Assembly (NCBI GenBank): GCA_021740425.1
Contig: JAIOZV010000001.1
Location: 1-44,253 of the forward strand
Direction: 5' to 3'
Source: Bacteroidales bacterium
GTDB lineage: Bacteria > Bacteroidota > Bacteroidia > Bacteroidales > 4484-276
DNA: 44,253 bases
Shown: one piece after another, positions 1-8,976 of the stretch
Position numbering within the stretch: position 1 is the first letter of the stretch
Layout of the letters: each line of letters opens with the position of its first letter
Position numbers and translations under genes: made by a program
The notes under the pieces: model-generated
The model's input: only the letters and a program-made list of their open reading frames with translations
The model's database searches: none
Told to the model about the DNA's origin: nothing

Positions 1-592
1 AAGCATCTTTTCGCATGGCTGTGTCGCCCAAAGCAAGGGTATAAACCGGAAACCTAACCTGATCGGAGGTGTAAAGGGGATTAAGCCCACGATTGAAAAC
101 CCCGTCGCTGGCCAGCACCAAAGCACCTACATTCCGGTTGGAATAACGAATGGCCAATTCATCGAAAAGGGAGGAAATATCTGTTTGCTTATCTCTGAAC
201 GTAAAATCAATTCCTTCGGCTACTTTTTCGCCAAAGGTGTAGGACTTAACTTCGTAATCCTGGCTCAAACCTTCGATGAGGAGGCGCATTTGGTCAGCAT
301 ATCCATTTTTATAATATCCGGAGTCCTCCCCTATCACAAGCGATTCGGAATTGTCCTGGGCAAAGATGATCATTGGTTTTTCTGTTTTTCTAAAAACAGT
401 TTTAACCAAAGGGGATAGCAATAAAAAGGAAATGACAAATACGGCAAGAAATCTGATTGCTGCCAGCCAGCGGTTGGTAGTTTGCGAAAATTCTTCTTTA
501 CGATTCTTAAAATATAAGATGCCGGCATACAGCAATCCCAGGGCGATGCAAAAAATTACAAACCAAGCCGGGTATTCAGTTATCAAACTCAA
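1..592 (-). CDS. vWA-domain membrane protein, N-terminal ~197 codons (gene continues past the left window edge)
   Basis: Absent from the supplied ORF track because it has no in-window stop. My manual minus-strand translation from 592 to 1 is uninterrupted. It reads (L)SLITEYPAWFVIFCIALGLLYAGILYF..RWLAAIRFLAVFVISFLLL (two TM helices), KPMIIFAQDNSESL (DxSxS MIDAS-like motif), NVGALVLASDGVFNRG and FPVYTLALGDT. The start is uncertain (TTG at 592 or 586, no ATG). The + strand ORFs 185..418 and 351..659 are shadows of this gene. Confidence 0.55.
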   Translation of the reverse strand, partial: MSLITEYPAWFVIFCIALGLLYAGILYFKNRKEEFSQTTNRWLAAIRFLAVFVISFLLLSPLVKTVFRKTEKPMIIFAQDNSESLVIGEDSGYYKNGYADQMRLLIEGLSQDYEVKSYTFGEKVAEGIDFTFRDKQTDISSLFDELAIRYSNRNVGALVLASDGVFNRGLNPLYTSDQVRFPVYTLALGDTAMRKDA

Positions 593-630
593 ATCAACCT
601 CCTCTAAAGTGCAATTGTGGGAATTAAAAA

Positions 631-1377
631 TTACATGTGCATACCACCGTCAACGCTGATTACCTGACCGGTAACATAGGATGACAGTTCGGAGCCCAGG
701 AAAATGCAGATATTTGCAACATCTTCAGGCTTGCCCGATCTCCGTAAGGGGATGGTTTGTACCCATGCATCACGCTGTTCATCGGTGAGTTTTCCTGTCA
801 TGGCGGTTTCGATGTAACCCGGGGCAATGGCATTACAGCGGATATTTCTGGAACCAAACTCCTTGGCAATTGATTTGGTAAAACCAATCAATCCGGCTTT
901 GGAAGCCGAATAATTACTTTGCCCTGCATTGCCCGACAAACCTACCACTGAACTCATATTGATAATGGAACCGCTACGCTGTTTGAGCATGCTGCGCTGT
1001 ATGGCTTTGGTCATGTTGAAAATGGATTTCAGGTTTACCTTAATAATAAGATCCCAATCCTCTTCGGTCATGCGCATCAGCAAATTATCGCGGGTAATCC
1101 CTGCATTATTTACAAGAATGTCGATACCTCCAAAATCTTTCAACACATCAGCAACAAGTTTTTCACCTGCTTCAAGCGAACTGGCATCTGAAGCATAGGC
1201 TTTTGCTTTCACACCATAGCTTTCAAGTTCAAGAACAAGCGCTTCGGCTTCTTCATCAATTTTCAGGTCACTGATTGCTACATCTGCTCCATTTTTTGCA
1301 TAAGCAATTGCGATGGCTTTTCCGATACCACGCGCTGCCCCGGTTATCAGGGCTTTTTTATTTTCAAGTAGTTTCAT
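631..1377 (-). CDS. fabG: 3-oxoacyl-[acyl-carrier-protein] reductase (SDR family)
   Basis: 248 aa with an ATG start. Contains the Rossmann motif TGAARGIGKAIA, NNAGITRDNLLMRMTEEDW and the catalytic YSASKAG, a typical FabG pattern. Confidence 0.9.
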   Translation of the reverse strand: MKLLENKKALITGAARGIGKAIAIAYAKNGADVAISDLKIDEEAEALVLELESYGVKAKAYASDASSLEAGEKLVADVLKDFGGIDILVNNAGITRDNLLMRMTEEDWDLIIKVNLKSIFNMTKAIQRSMLKQRSGSIINMSSVVGLSGNAGQSNYSASKAGLIGFTKSIAKEFGSRNIRCNAIAPGYIETAMTGKLTDEQRDAWVQTIPLRRSGKPEDVANICIFLGSELSSYVTGQVISVDGGMHM

Positions 1378-1447
1378 TGTAATAATTTTTCAAAAAAATT
1401 TTGCCAAAGATAGCTAATTTGATACTTCCGTTTTATCAGGTCATTCA

Positions 1448-1486
1448 AACAAAAAAGCCCTGATCAATGGCAATATCGATCGGGCC
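1448..1486 (-). terminator. Rho-independent terminator after the S41 peptidase gene
   Basis: The minus strand reads GCCCGATC-(12-nt loop)-GATC(A)GGGC, an 8-bp stem with one bulge, followed by TTTTTTGTTTG. It lies ~20 nt past the stop at 1509. Confidence 0.6.
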
Positions 1487-1508
1487 TCTTTGAAATCGAA
1501 TGCTTTAT

Positions 1509-3137
1509 TTATTCAATGTTTAATTCCGAAAACATGGTGCCTTCCTCAAGCAGATCAATAGCAGTTGACAGCTCTTTATCCAATGCGCTGATTACTCGAA
1601 AATAAGCATTGGTGTCCCATAGATTTCTTGCGATAAGTGCCTTGATTTGTATTTTTATGTGCTCATCGGGATAATAAAATTTGTCGTCTTCGCTGCGTAA
1701 AACTTTCGACTTTGCAGCTTGTTCGTTGAATTCTGCAAATATCCCGTCGGAAACACTAAAACTATTGAGGAATTCATCAAACCCGGGATATTTTTTCAAC
1801 AAAGTGCTTCTGTTTTTATCCAGGTAACTCATTGTAAATTCGTTGAAAACACCCTTTCTGACGAGGTCGGTATAATAGTCAGAAAATCTTGTGGAATCGA
1901 TGGGGATAAACACATCGGGCATCACCCCACCGCCACCATAAACGAGTCGTCCTCCCGGAGTGTAATATTTTAAAGAATCAGGAAAAACAATGCTGTCGGC
2001 GCTTACCAGCTCGCCATGGTCAAGACGGTTTTTAAAATCTTTGTAATACTCGTCCACTCCATCTTCATAAGGTTTCTGAATGCATCTTCCTGTGGGGGTG
2101 TGGTATCGTGCGGTTGTCAACCTTATAACTGAGCCATCGGGCAGCCTGAACGGGCGCTGAACCAAGCCTTTTCCAAAAGAGCGGCGACCGACCACCAGGC
2201 CACGATCCCAATCCTGAACTGCTCCCGAAACAATTTCGCTGGCAGAGGCCGAACCCTCATTGATCAGCACAATCACTTTTCCCTCTTTGTCGAAGTTACC
2301 GGCTTTTGTGGCCAAAAAATCTTCCTTGGGACTTCTTAAACCTTCTGTGTAAACAATTAATTTTCCGTCCGACAAAAACTCATCTCCCAGCTCAACGGCT
2401 ATATTGAGGTAACCTCCGGAATTGCCTCTTAAATCCAGGATCATATCTTTCATGCCTTCGCTCCTGAGCGTTTCCACCGACTCGCGGAACTCATCCATGG
2501 AGGTTTTCGAAAAACGGGTAAGTTTGATATATCCTACCTCCGGGGCAGCCATGTAAGTAGCATCAATGCTGTTGAGCGGAATTTTATCTCTTACGATGTC
2601 AAAGTCGATAAGTTTTTTCCTGCCCGCCCTTTTTACAGATACATTCACCACAGTACCTTTTTCTCCCCTCAGCCTGTCCATCACATACTGGTTATCGATT
2701 TTTTCGCCGGTGGCCACTTCTCCGTTTATCAATACAATTTTGTCACCTGCAATAATTCCCAGCTTGTCGGATGGCCCGTCGGGCACCGGTGCAACCACCA
2801 AAATAGTATCGTTAAACAACTGAAATGTAACCCCAATTCCTTCAAAACTGCCTTCGAGCGGTTCATTCACACGTTCAACTTCCTCTTTGGAAATATAGGC
2901 TGAATGTGGGTCAAGATCCTTGAGCATGGCAATAATTGCATCCTCAACTAAATCTGGAGAATCAACACTGTCCACATAGGCAAAATTGATAATTTGAAGG
3001 GCAGTGCCAAATTTTTGGATGGTTTCTTTTTGATCCTCCTTCTGAGCCAGGGTATTTTTGGCTGTTAAACTAAAAGCCAGAATTGCTGTTATTATTAAAA
3101 CTTTTCTGAGCATTGAGGAAATAGATAATTTGATCAT
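1509..3137 (-). CDS. S41 family C-terminal processing (tail-specific) peptidase with PDZ domain
   Basis: Signal/TM segment MIKLSISSMLRKVLIITAILAFSL, a PDZ-like region (GIIAGDKIVLINGE), and the catalytic region NEGSASASEIVSGA..RRSFGKGLVQ. The ORF is open to 3188, but the ATG at 3137 directly precedes the signal peptide. Confidence 0.85.
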   Translation of the reverse strand: MIKLSISSMLRKVLIITAILAFSLTAKNTLAQKEDQKETIQKFGTALQIINFAYVDSVDSPDLVEDAIIAMLKDLDPHSAYISKEEVERVNEPLEGSFEGIGVTFQLFNDTILVVAPVPDGPSDKLGIIAGDKIVLINGEVATGEKIDNQYVMDRLRGEKGTVVNVSVKRAGRKKLIDFDIVRDKIPLNSIDATYMAAPEVGYIKLTRFSKTSMDEFRESVETLRSEGMKDMILDLRGNSGGYLNIAVELGDEFLSDGKLIVYTEGLRSPKEDFLATKAGNFDKEGKVIVLINEGSASASEIVSGAVQDWDRGLVVGRRSFGKGLVQRPFRLPDGSVIRLTTARYHTPTGRCIQKPYEDGVDEYYKDFKNRLDHGELVSADSIVFPDSLKYYTPGGRLVYGGGGVMPDVFIPIDSTRFSDYYTDLVRKGVFNEFTMSYLDKNRSTLLKKYPGFDEFLNSFSVSDGIFAEFNEQAAKSKVLRSEDDKFYYPDEHIKIQIKALIARNLWDTNAYFRVISALDKELSTAIDLLEEGTMFSELNIE

Positions 3138-3301
3138 TTTGTGTATATTTAGCCGGAAATATTTTGTTATCGACCAAACGAAGGTCATCTTAAAATATTT
3201 TCAGACCTTTGATGATTAACACTTTTTTTGATAGATGCCATCTACATTTGGATCAGTTATTGGCTGAAGAAATATCTATTTTTAGCTACAAAGAAATATT
3301 T

Positions 3302-4066
3302 ATGAATAAAACTGAACGCATAAAGATAATTTACAGCCTGTTATACCCTACCTTGTTTGTGCTGATGATCTGGCTGGTCAAATCAACAGAACTTGTTTTT
3401 AATTTACATTTAAGCAATTTTGGCATTATGCCTCTCAAAATAGAAGGATTGGCAGGAATTATTACTGCGCCATTTGTGCATGGCGATATGGCTCATTTAA
3501 GTGCAAACACCCTCCCAATCTGGGTTTTGGGGACTTTGCTTTTTTATGTGTACCGAAAAATTGCCTGGAAAGTATTGATCCTGATATGGCTTGCGACCGG
3601 ATTGTGGGTTTGGGTTTTGGGTCGGGAAGCCTACCACATTGGGGCAAGCGGCGTTATTTACGGACTGGCTTCTTTTCTGTTTTTCAGCGGGATTTTCAGG
3701 CGCGACGGGAGATTGCTTTCCATTACTTTTTTGGTGGCTTTTTTATATGGAAGCATGATTTGGGGCGTATTTCCGGATTTGTTTCCCGAAAAAAATATTT
3801 CTTGGGAATCGCACCTGATGGGCTTACTTGCAGGACTTGTTCTGGCAGTATTTTTCAGAAATGAAGGAGGGCCAATAAAGAAAAAATACAGTTGGGATAT
3901 TGAAGAAGATGACGGCATTGATGAAAAGGATCCTGATGCGTACTGGAATAAACCCATCGAAAAAAAGAAGAAAGCAGAGAAAAAGACACCAGAGCAAATA
4001 AATGTTTCTGAGCCGGTAACAATCAACTATGTTTTTAAAAAGAAGGAAGATAAATCTGATAATTAA
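3302..4066 (+). CDS. Rhomboid family intramembrane serine protease
   Basis: Multi-TM protein with FVHGDMAHLSANT, the GASGVIYGL serine motif and a downstream H in ESHLMGLLAG. It has a K/E-rich C-terminal tail. The ORF opens at 3209, but the ATG at 3302 (MNKTERIK) precedes TM1. Confidence 0.8.
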   Translation: MNKTERIKIIYSLLYPTLFVLMIWLVKSTELVFNLHLSNFGIMPLKIEGLAGIITAPFVHGDMAHLSANTLPIWVLGTLLFYVYRKIAWKVLILIWLATGLWVWVLGREAYHIGASGVIYGLASFLFFSGIFRRDGRLLSITFLVAFLYGSMIWGVFPDLFPEKNISWESHLMGLLAGLVLAVFFRNEGGPIKKKYSWDIEEDDGIDEKDPDAYWNKPIEKKKKAEKKTPEQINVSEPVTINYVFKKKEDKSDN

Positions 4067-4130
4067 AAATGCCCAACCAATAGCAGTTACCATGCAATGT
4101 AAATTTATCCGCCGGGGTTTTGACATTCAT

Positions 4131-4205
4131 AATAACGAATAAATTATTAACGAATAACTTATTAACAAATAACTTAATAACGAATAACTTAATAACGAAT
4201 AACTT
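4131..4205. repeat. Five tandem copies of a 15-bp unit A(A/T)TAAC(G/A)AATAA(C/A)TT directly upstream of the thiolase start
   Basis: Read directly. The units occupy 4131-4145, 4146-4160, 4161-4175, 4176-4190 and 4191-4205, and the last two are identical (AATAACGAATAACTT). Each unit is itself a 7+8 nt AATAAC sub-repeat. Confidence 0.9.
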
Positions 4206-4212
4206 TTCACAG

Positions 4213-5394
4213 ATGAAAGAAGTTTATATCATTTCAGCAGTTCGCACGCCAATCGGGAGTTTTGGCGGTTCATTATCAGGACTAACAGCCACCCAACTTG
4301 GGGCCGAGGCCATCAAAGGAGCACTAAGCAAAGCAGGTGTGGAAGCCACACAAGTTGACGAAGTTTTTATGGGCAATGTACTATCAGCCAACCTGGGGCA
4401 GGCTCCGGCCAGGCAGGCAGCGCTTTTTGCAGGATTGCCAAATTCGGTGCCATGCACAACCATCAATAAAGTATGCTCATCCGGATTGAAATCCGTTATG
4501 CTTGGAGCACAATCCATCATGCTTGGAGATGCTGATGTTGTTGTTGCCGGCGGCATGGAAAGCATGTCGAACGTGCCTCACTACATCGAGAATGTGCGCA
4601 AAGGCATGAAACTGGGCCACGGAAAGCTTGTGGATGGCATGATTAAAGACGGCCTGTGGGATGTTTACAACGATTATCACATGGGCAATGCCGCCGACAA
4701 CACCGCCAAAGTCAGAAACATCAGCCGCGAAGCGCAGGATGAATTGGCTGTAGAATCATACAAACGTGCTGCACAAGCCACCGAAGCCGGTCATTTTAGG
4801 GCGGAAATTGTTCCCGTTGAAATTAAAACGCGCAAAGGAACTGTTATTGTTGATCAGGACGAAGAATATAAAAACGTGAGATTCGAAAAAATCCCTGAAC
4901 TCAGGCCTGTTTTTAACAAAGATGGAACCGTTACTGCGGCCAATGCATCCACCATCAATGACGGCGCTGCCGCTCTAGTACTCATGAGCAAAGAAAAAGC
5001 TGAAGCGCTGGGCTTAAAACCCCTTGCAAAAATTATTGGCTACGGTGATGCAGCCCGGGAACCTGAATGGTTTACCACAGCGCCTTCGCTGGCTATTCCC
5101 AAAGCCATCGCCAAAGCAGGATTAAAGATTGATGACATCGATTATTTTGAAGTCAACGAAGCCTTTGCGGTTGTTTCACTTGCCGTAATGAACGATCTGA
5201 ATTTAAACAAAGACAAAGTAAATATCTGGGGTAGTGGGGTTTCGCTGGGACATCCGCTGGGTGCAACCGGTGCCAGAATACTGGTAACTCTGGTAAATGT
5301 TCTGATGCAAAAAAACGCCAGATACGGGGTTGCGGGCTTATGCAACGGTGGTGGAGGCGCCTCCTCAGTTGTTATCGAAAATATGATTTTTTAG
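4213..5394 (+). CDS. Acetyl-CoA C-acetyltransferase (thiolase II)
   Basis: MKEVYIISAVRTPIGSFGG, the active-site Cys in NKVCSSGLK, GHPLGATGARIL and the C-terminal GLCNGGGGAS. ATG at 4213. The TTG-initiated extension from 4120 only translates the tandem repeat. Confidence 0.9.
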   Translation: MKEVYIISAVRTPIGSFGGSLSGLTATQLGAEAIKGALSKAGVEATQVDEVFMGNVLSANLGQAPARQAALFAGLPNSVPCTTINKVCSSGLKSVMLGAQSIMLGDADVVVAGGMESMSNVPHYIENVRKGMKLGHGKLVDGMIKDGLWDVYNDYHMGNAADNTAKVRNISREAQDELAVESYKRAAQATEAGHFRAEIVPVEIKTRKGTVIVDQDEEYKNVRFEKIPELRPVFNKDGTVTAANASTINDGAAALVLMSKEKAEALGLKPLAKIIGYGDAAREPEWFTTAPSLAIPKAIAKAGLKIDDIDYFEVNEAFAVVSLAVMNDLNLNKDKVNIWGSGVSLGHPLGATGARILVTLVNVLMQKNARYGVAGLCNGGGGASSVVIENMIF

Positions 5395-5414
5395 CAAATA
5401 TTTATTTAATGTTA

Positions 5415-5458
5415 AATTCCTGCCTGTTTCTTAAGAAAACAGGCAGGAATTTTTATTT
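5415..5458 (+). terminator. Rho-independent terminator of the thiolase gene
   Basis: A perfect 15-bp stem, AATTCCTGCCTGTTT (5415-5429) paired with AAACAGGCAGGAATT (5437-5451), with a 7-nt loop and then TTTTATTTG. Confidence 0.8.
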
Positions 5459-5614
5459 GTGGCGATAATTCCCTGCGTAAGTTTATATTTTCCAAACATG
5501 TTCATAACTTTATCTCACTCCTAAAGTCAAACATATTAATCACTTACAGAAATTTCAATGTTAACTTTAGATTATTAAACTTTGACATCCTTGCATCGGT
5601 GTCGGGTTGTAGCT

Positions 5615-5622
5615 TAGTTTTG
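5615..5622 (+). promoter_or_regulatory. Candidate Bacteroidota -7 promoter box (TAGTTTTG matches TAnnTTTG)
   Basis: Exact match to the TAnnTTTG consensus, 45 nt upstream of the ATG at 5667. There is only a partial -33-like CTTG 21 nt upstream. Confidence 0.3.
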
Positions 5623-5666
5623 TTGCTACCTGATTAATTTATTTACTTACAAATTATACAAAGATT

Positions 5667-5936
5667 ATGATGAAGGATTTGACCAATACTACAATCAGCT
5701 GCCCTTTGTTCAAAAAACATCAGGAGGGACTTATATCCAAAAAGAACAGCATAAACAATTCTGTGCGCCCCATAGAGAAATCAATATTTGCAGAAGAAAT
5801 ATCCGAAATTGCCGACAAGATGCTGGATTGCTCCATATTTAACCATTTAAAACTCGATTGCAATACCTGCCACACCATCGCCAACGCACACAAAAAAATT
5901 GCTGAAACCCATACCGGCATAAGGAAGAGTGCCTGA
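5667..5936 (+). CDS. Hypothetical small protein (89 aa, four Cys: CPLF..DCSIF..DCNTCH)
   Basis: The only sizeable ORF in a 580-bp gap, with an ATG start and a candidate -7 box upstream. I recognise no family, and the antisense ORF 5720..5920 looks less protein-like. Confidence 0.35.
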   Translation: MMKDLTNTTISCPLFKKHQEGLISKKNSINNSVRPIEKSIFAEEISEIADKMLDCSIFNHLKLDCNTCHTIANAHKKIAETHTGIRKSA

Positions 5937-5973
5937 GTTTCTGTCCTTATTTCCTTTTTTTATGGGATCATTT

Positions 5974-7248
5974 TCAGGGAACAAACTCCGGTTTTACGAT
6001 TAACTGTACCCAGACCCAGTTTGAAATCGCTGAGGCTTTTTGTTGTACGCCCTGAATTATTTCAAGGGTTTGATTGGGAAGTAAGATGGCCACTCCCCCG
6101 TTAAGGTTTACCACCTTTGTAAACGTAATCAAAAAACCCAAATCAAATTCTGAAGCAAGAGACCTGTCAAGCTTTTCGGCATTTGTACCATTCAGGATAT
6201 TGTATTGATTGGCAAAATAATGATACCCCAGGTAAGTATTCATTTTAGCTGAAATATTGTAATCGATTATGGCAAAAACATCTATCAATCCTGCTCCGCC
6301 GGTTGAACCCGGAACATTGTTGAAATAATCCATTTCACCATAATACCTGTGACGGGCACCGTAAAGAAGGTCAAATTGCCGATCACTTTCAGAACCTGCA
6401 GATCCTGATAAGGAGGGTTTGTTTCCTGAAATCATCGAAAATCCTGTGCTTACTCTTAGTTTTGACCTAATGTATGTTCCTGATGCATTGATATTGTAGG
6501 CATGTACCTTGTTTCCTTCGCCGTTTTTTCCACATTGATAGTAAACACTTGCATAAGCATTTAATGGATTTGATTTGTAGTTCAGGTTCATCCCAAACGA
6601 CCCTTTTACATACAATGTTTCGCTTGTATCATTTTTGGTAACCCCTGTCATAAGCGCCAATCCTGAAACCTTAAAATCCCCGAAAGTTTTTTGCAGATGC
6701 AGAAAATCAAGTGTTTTAAATTTTCCTGAGGGATATTCCTGCCCGAATTTATTATCCTTGTTATTGTTCAGACTAAAAGCAGCATCAAAAGCCCAGCCCT
6801 GCTTGTTGTATTTGTACAAAAGCCCGTCATAGCTGATAGAGTTTTGATTCCAGTTGCGTTTTGCCAGCAACCGTGCATCATCGTACTCAAAATATTGCCT
6901 TCCAACTTTGATTGCCGAATGTCCAAAAAATCTCATCTCCAGCCAGGCCTCATTCATATCCACACTTGCGTTGTCGCCAAACACACCGGTTGATGATACC
7001 AGGGTTTCATCACCCCAGAGCCTCACATCCTGAAAACTCACCCCGGTTGCCAGCCAGTCTTTGGTATAAAAAAATGCAAGCCTCGTTCGCTGACCAATTA
7101 ACAAAGCAGGTGCATTCTGATCGGTATTGAGGCTTTTGTATCCGTTCCGGATTTCAGCACGGGGACGGATCTCAGCATTAATCGACAACTGCGACCACGC
7201 CGAAGTCATCAGAAAGAAAAACATCAAAAACGAGAGTAGTATTTTCAC
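5974..7248 (-). CDS. Outer-membrane beta-barrel porin (alginate-export/porin-like), downstream of pstB
   Basis: Signal peptide MKILLSFLMFFFLMTSAWSQ, an alternating beta-strand pattern, N-terminal AEIRPRAEIRNGY and a C-terminal aromatic-rich ending (KPEFVP). GTG start. The family name comes from my recollection of the motif only. Confidence 0.6.
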   Translation of the reverse strand: MKILLSFLMFFFLMTSAWSQLSINAEIRPRAEIRNGYKSLNTDQNAPALLIGQRTRLAFFYTKDWLATGVSFQDVRLWGDETLVSSTGVFGDNASVDMNEAWLEMRFFGHSAIKVGRQYFEYDDARLLAKRNWNQNSISYDGLLYKYNKQGWAFDAAFSLNNNKDNKFGQEYPSGKFKTLDFLHLQKTFGDFKVSGLALMTGVTKNDTSETLYVKGSFGMNLNYKSNPLNAYASVYYQCGKNGEGNKVHAYNINASGTYIRSKLRVSTGFSMISGNKPSLSGSAGSESDRQFDLLYGARHRYYGEMDYFNNVPGSTGGAGLIDVFAIIDYNISAKMNTYLGYHYFANQYNILNGTNAEKLDRSLASEFDLGFLITFTKVVNLNGGVAILLPNQTLEIIQGVQQKASAISNWVWVQLIVKPEFVP

Positions 7249-7311
7249 TTTGAATGTATTTTTATGATTAGAAAAGAACTGAATAGCTTGGTATTTATAA
7301 ATTAATCATGA

Positions 7312-7321
7312 TTTTTTTTTT
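7312..7321. repeat. T10 (A10 on the coding strand) homopolymer between pstB and the porin gene
   Basis: Read directly. It lies 64-73 nt upstream of the porin start codon. Confidence 0.9.
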
Positions 7322-7357
7322 GAGTGATGGAGCATTGAAATTGCTCATTGGTTGATG

Positions 7358-8119
7358 CTAATAAAAGATTCCATTCAGGTAGGATTTTGTCATTTCCTGC
7401 CGGGGATTCCCGAATATTTCGCTAGCAGGGCCCTGTTCAACTACTTCTCCCATGTACATAAATATTACATGATCGGCAAGGCGTTTGGCCTGCCTTAGGA
7501 TATGGGTAACCAAAACGATGGTATAATTTTTTTTCAACTCATTAAACTTGCCTTCGATGGCTTGGCTTGAAATCGGATCAAGGGCAGATGTAGGCTCATC
7601 GGCAAGTATAATATCAGGGCCAACCGCCAACCCGCGTGCAAGACAAAGACGCTGTTGCTGCCCGATAGATAACCTTCCTGCCGGCTCTTTTAAGCGATCC
7701 TTTACTTCATCCCACAAGCTAACCTGACGCAGATAATGCTCAACGCGCTTATCGAGGTAGCGTTTTTTCCGCCTTCCACTTATCCTGAGGCCATAGGCAA
7801 TATTGTTATAAATATTCATGGGAAGCGGATAGGGTCTTTGGGCTAACAAACCCATTTTTTTTCTTATCAGGGTGATGTTTTCGCTGGTATGCAAAATGTC
7901 CTGCCCGTCAATAAAAATACTGCCTGTAACCTTGGCGTCCGGATTTAAGTCTGTAAGCCGATTGAGGCTTTTCATCAGGGTGGTTTTGCCGCACCCCGAA
8001 GGCCCCATGATTACCGTAATTTTATTTTCCGGAATCGAAGCACAAATATTTTTCAGGATAGGCTGATTTCCGAATTGCAGGTTCAGATTCTCTATCACTA
8101 TTTTAAATTTATCCATCAT
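7358..8119 (-). CDS. pstB: Phosphate ABC transporter ATP-binding protein
   Basis: Walker A GPSGCGKTT, signature LSIGQQQRLCLARGL, Walker B ILADEPTSALD. It follows pstA with a TAATG overlap. Confidence 0.93.
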   Translation of the reverse strand: MMDKFKIVIENLNLQFGNQPILKNICASIPENKITVIMGPSGCGKTTLMKSLNRLTDLNPDAKVTGSIFIDGQDILHTSENITLIRKKMGLLAQRPYPLPMNIYNNIAYGLRISGRRKKRYLDKRVEHYLRQVSLWDEVKDRLKEPAGRLSIGQQQRLCLARGLAVGPDIILADEPTSALDPISSQAIEGKFNELKKNYTIVLVTHILRQAKRLADHVIFMYMGEVVEQGPASEIFGNPRQEMTKSYLNGIFY

Positions 8120-8976
8120 TAAAAATTGATTTTGTTTTTTTGATACCTGTGGCTGAACATCCTCGACAGGATACTGGTTACCAATATGATAATAACAAGC
8201 ACCACTGCCGAAGCATAAGCCCGTTCCTGCACCTGAGGAATGGGTGAACTCAACTGGAAAAAAATTGAAAGTGGAAGTGTTGCCACTGGCTGATCCGGGG
8301 ATGTAGGAATATAATCAGTAAATCCCGCAGTAAAAAGAATGGAGGCTGCATCGCCAATGGCACGGCCAAACGATAGCAGTACTGCTGTTGACAGCCCGGG
8401 CAGGCATTGCCTGAAAAAAACCTTGTAGGCTGTTTCTGCCCTCGTGGAGCCCAGCGAAAGCGATGACTCCAGCAGTCCCACAGGTACCGATTTCAGAATT
8501 TCATCCATTGCCCGCACCATTATGGGAATAACAAAAAGTGTTACTGTGATGGTGCCCGCCAACAGCGAAACCCTGATTCCAAAATATGTCATCACGGCAA
8601 AGCCAAACGCTCCATACACAATGGACGGAACACCCCAAAGCAAATCCAGAATAAAACGGATCGTATTTACAAGCTTGCCATATCGTACAAGATGCACGTT
8701 CATGTATAAAGCCAGCGGCAAACCTACCAGAAATGACATGACGGTGGCTCCCGTAGAAAGGTACAACGAACCCACAATGGCATTGAGGATGCCACCTTCA
8801 CGGCCAAAGTAAAAGCCCCCCTCAGGAACCTGGGTCAGCATTTCCCAACTTATCGAGGGGAGGCCTTTGTAAAGCACGCTAAAAATTATAAATATCAGAG
8901 CAGCGGCAATAATTAGCGTTGAGAAAAACATCAACACCCTGAAGAATTTCTCCTCAAATTCCTTCTTTTGTATCAT
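8119..8976 (-). CDS. pstA: Phosphate ABC transporter permease
   Basis: 285-aa six-TM permease whose start overlaps the pstC stop (ATGA). Its position in the pstSCAB order supports the call. Confidence 0.88.
   Translation of the reverse strand: MIQKKEFEEKFFRVLMFFSTLIIAAALIFIIFSVLYKGLPSISWEMLTQVPEGGFYFGREGGILNAIVGSLYLSTGATVMSFLVGLPLALYMNVHLVRYGKLVNTIRFILDLLWGVPSIVYGAFGFAVMTYFGIRVSLLAGTITVTLFVIPIMVRAMDEILKSVPVGLLESSLSLGSTRAETAYKVFFRQCLPGLSTAVLLSFGRAIGDAASILFTAGFTDYIPTSPDQPVATLPLSIFFQLSSPIPQVQERAYASAVVLVIIILVTSILSRMFSHRYQKNKINF

Noticed and set aside
185-659. Plus-strand ORFs 185..418 and 351..659 from the ORF track
   Set aside because: They lie antisense to a continuous, motif-bearing minus-strand reading frame (a vWA protein with two TM helices and a DxSxS motif). 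The first starts with TTG, and neither has recognisable features, so they are shadow ORFs.
3658-4126. Antisense ORFs over the rhomboid C-terminus, and the many similar antisense ORFs elsewhere (for example 8444..8812, 10339..10875, 14184..15121, 40481..41004, 43658..44227)
   Set aside because: Each lies opposite a longer ORF with clear family motifs. Their sequences are low-complexity or Ser/Pro/Arg-rich in the manner typical of reverse frames.
4120-4212. N-terminal extension of the thiolase ORF encoding TNNLLTNNLLTNNLITNNLITNN
   Set aside because: It starts at a TTG and merely translates the 15-bp tandem DNA repeat. The thiolase fold begins at the ATG at 4213 (MKEVYIISAVRTPIG), so I treat the extension as non-coding repeat DNA.
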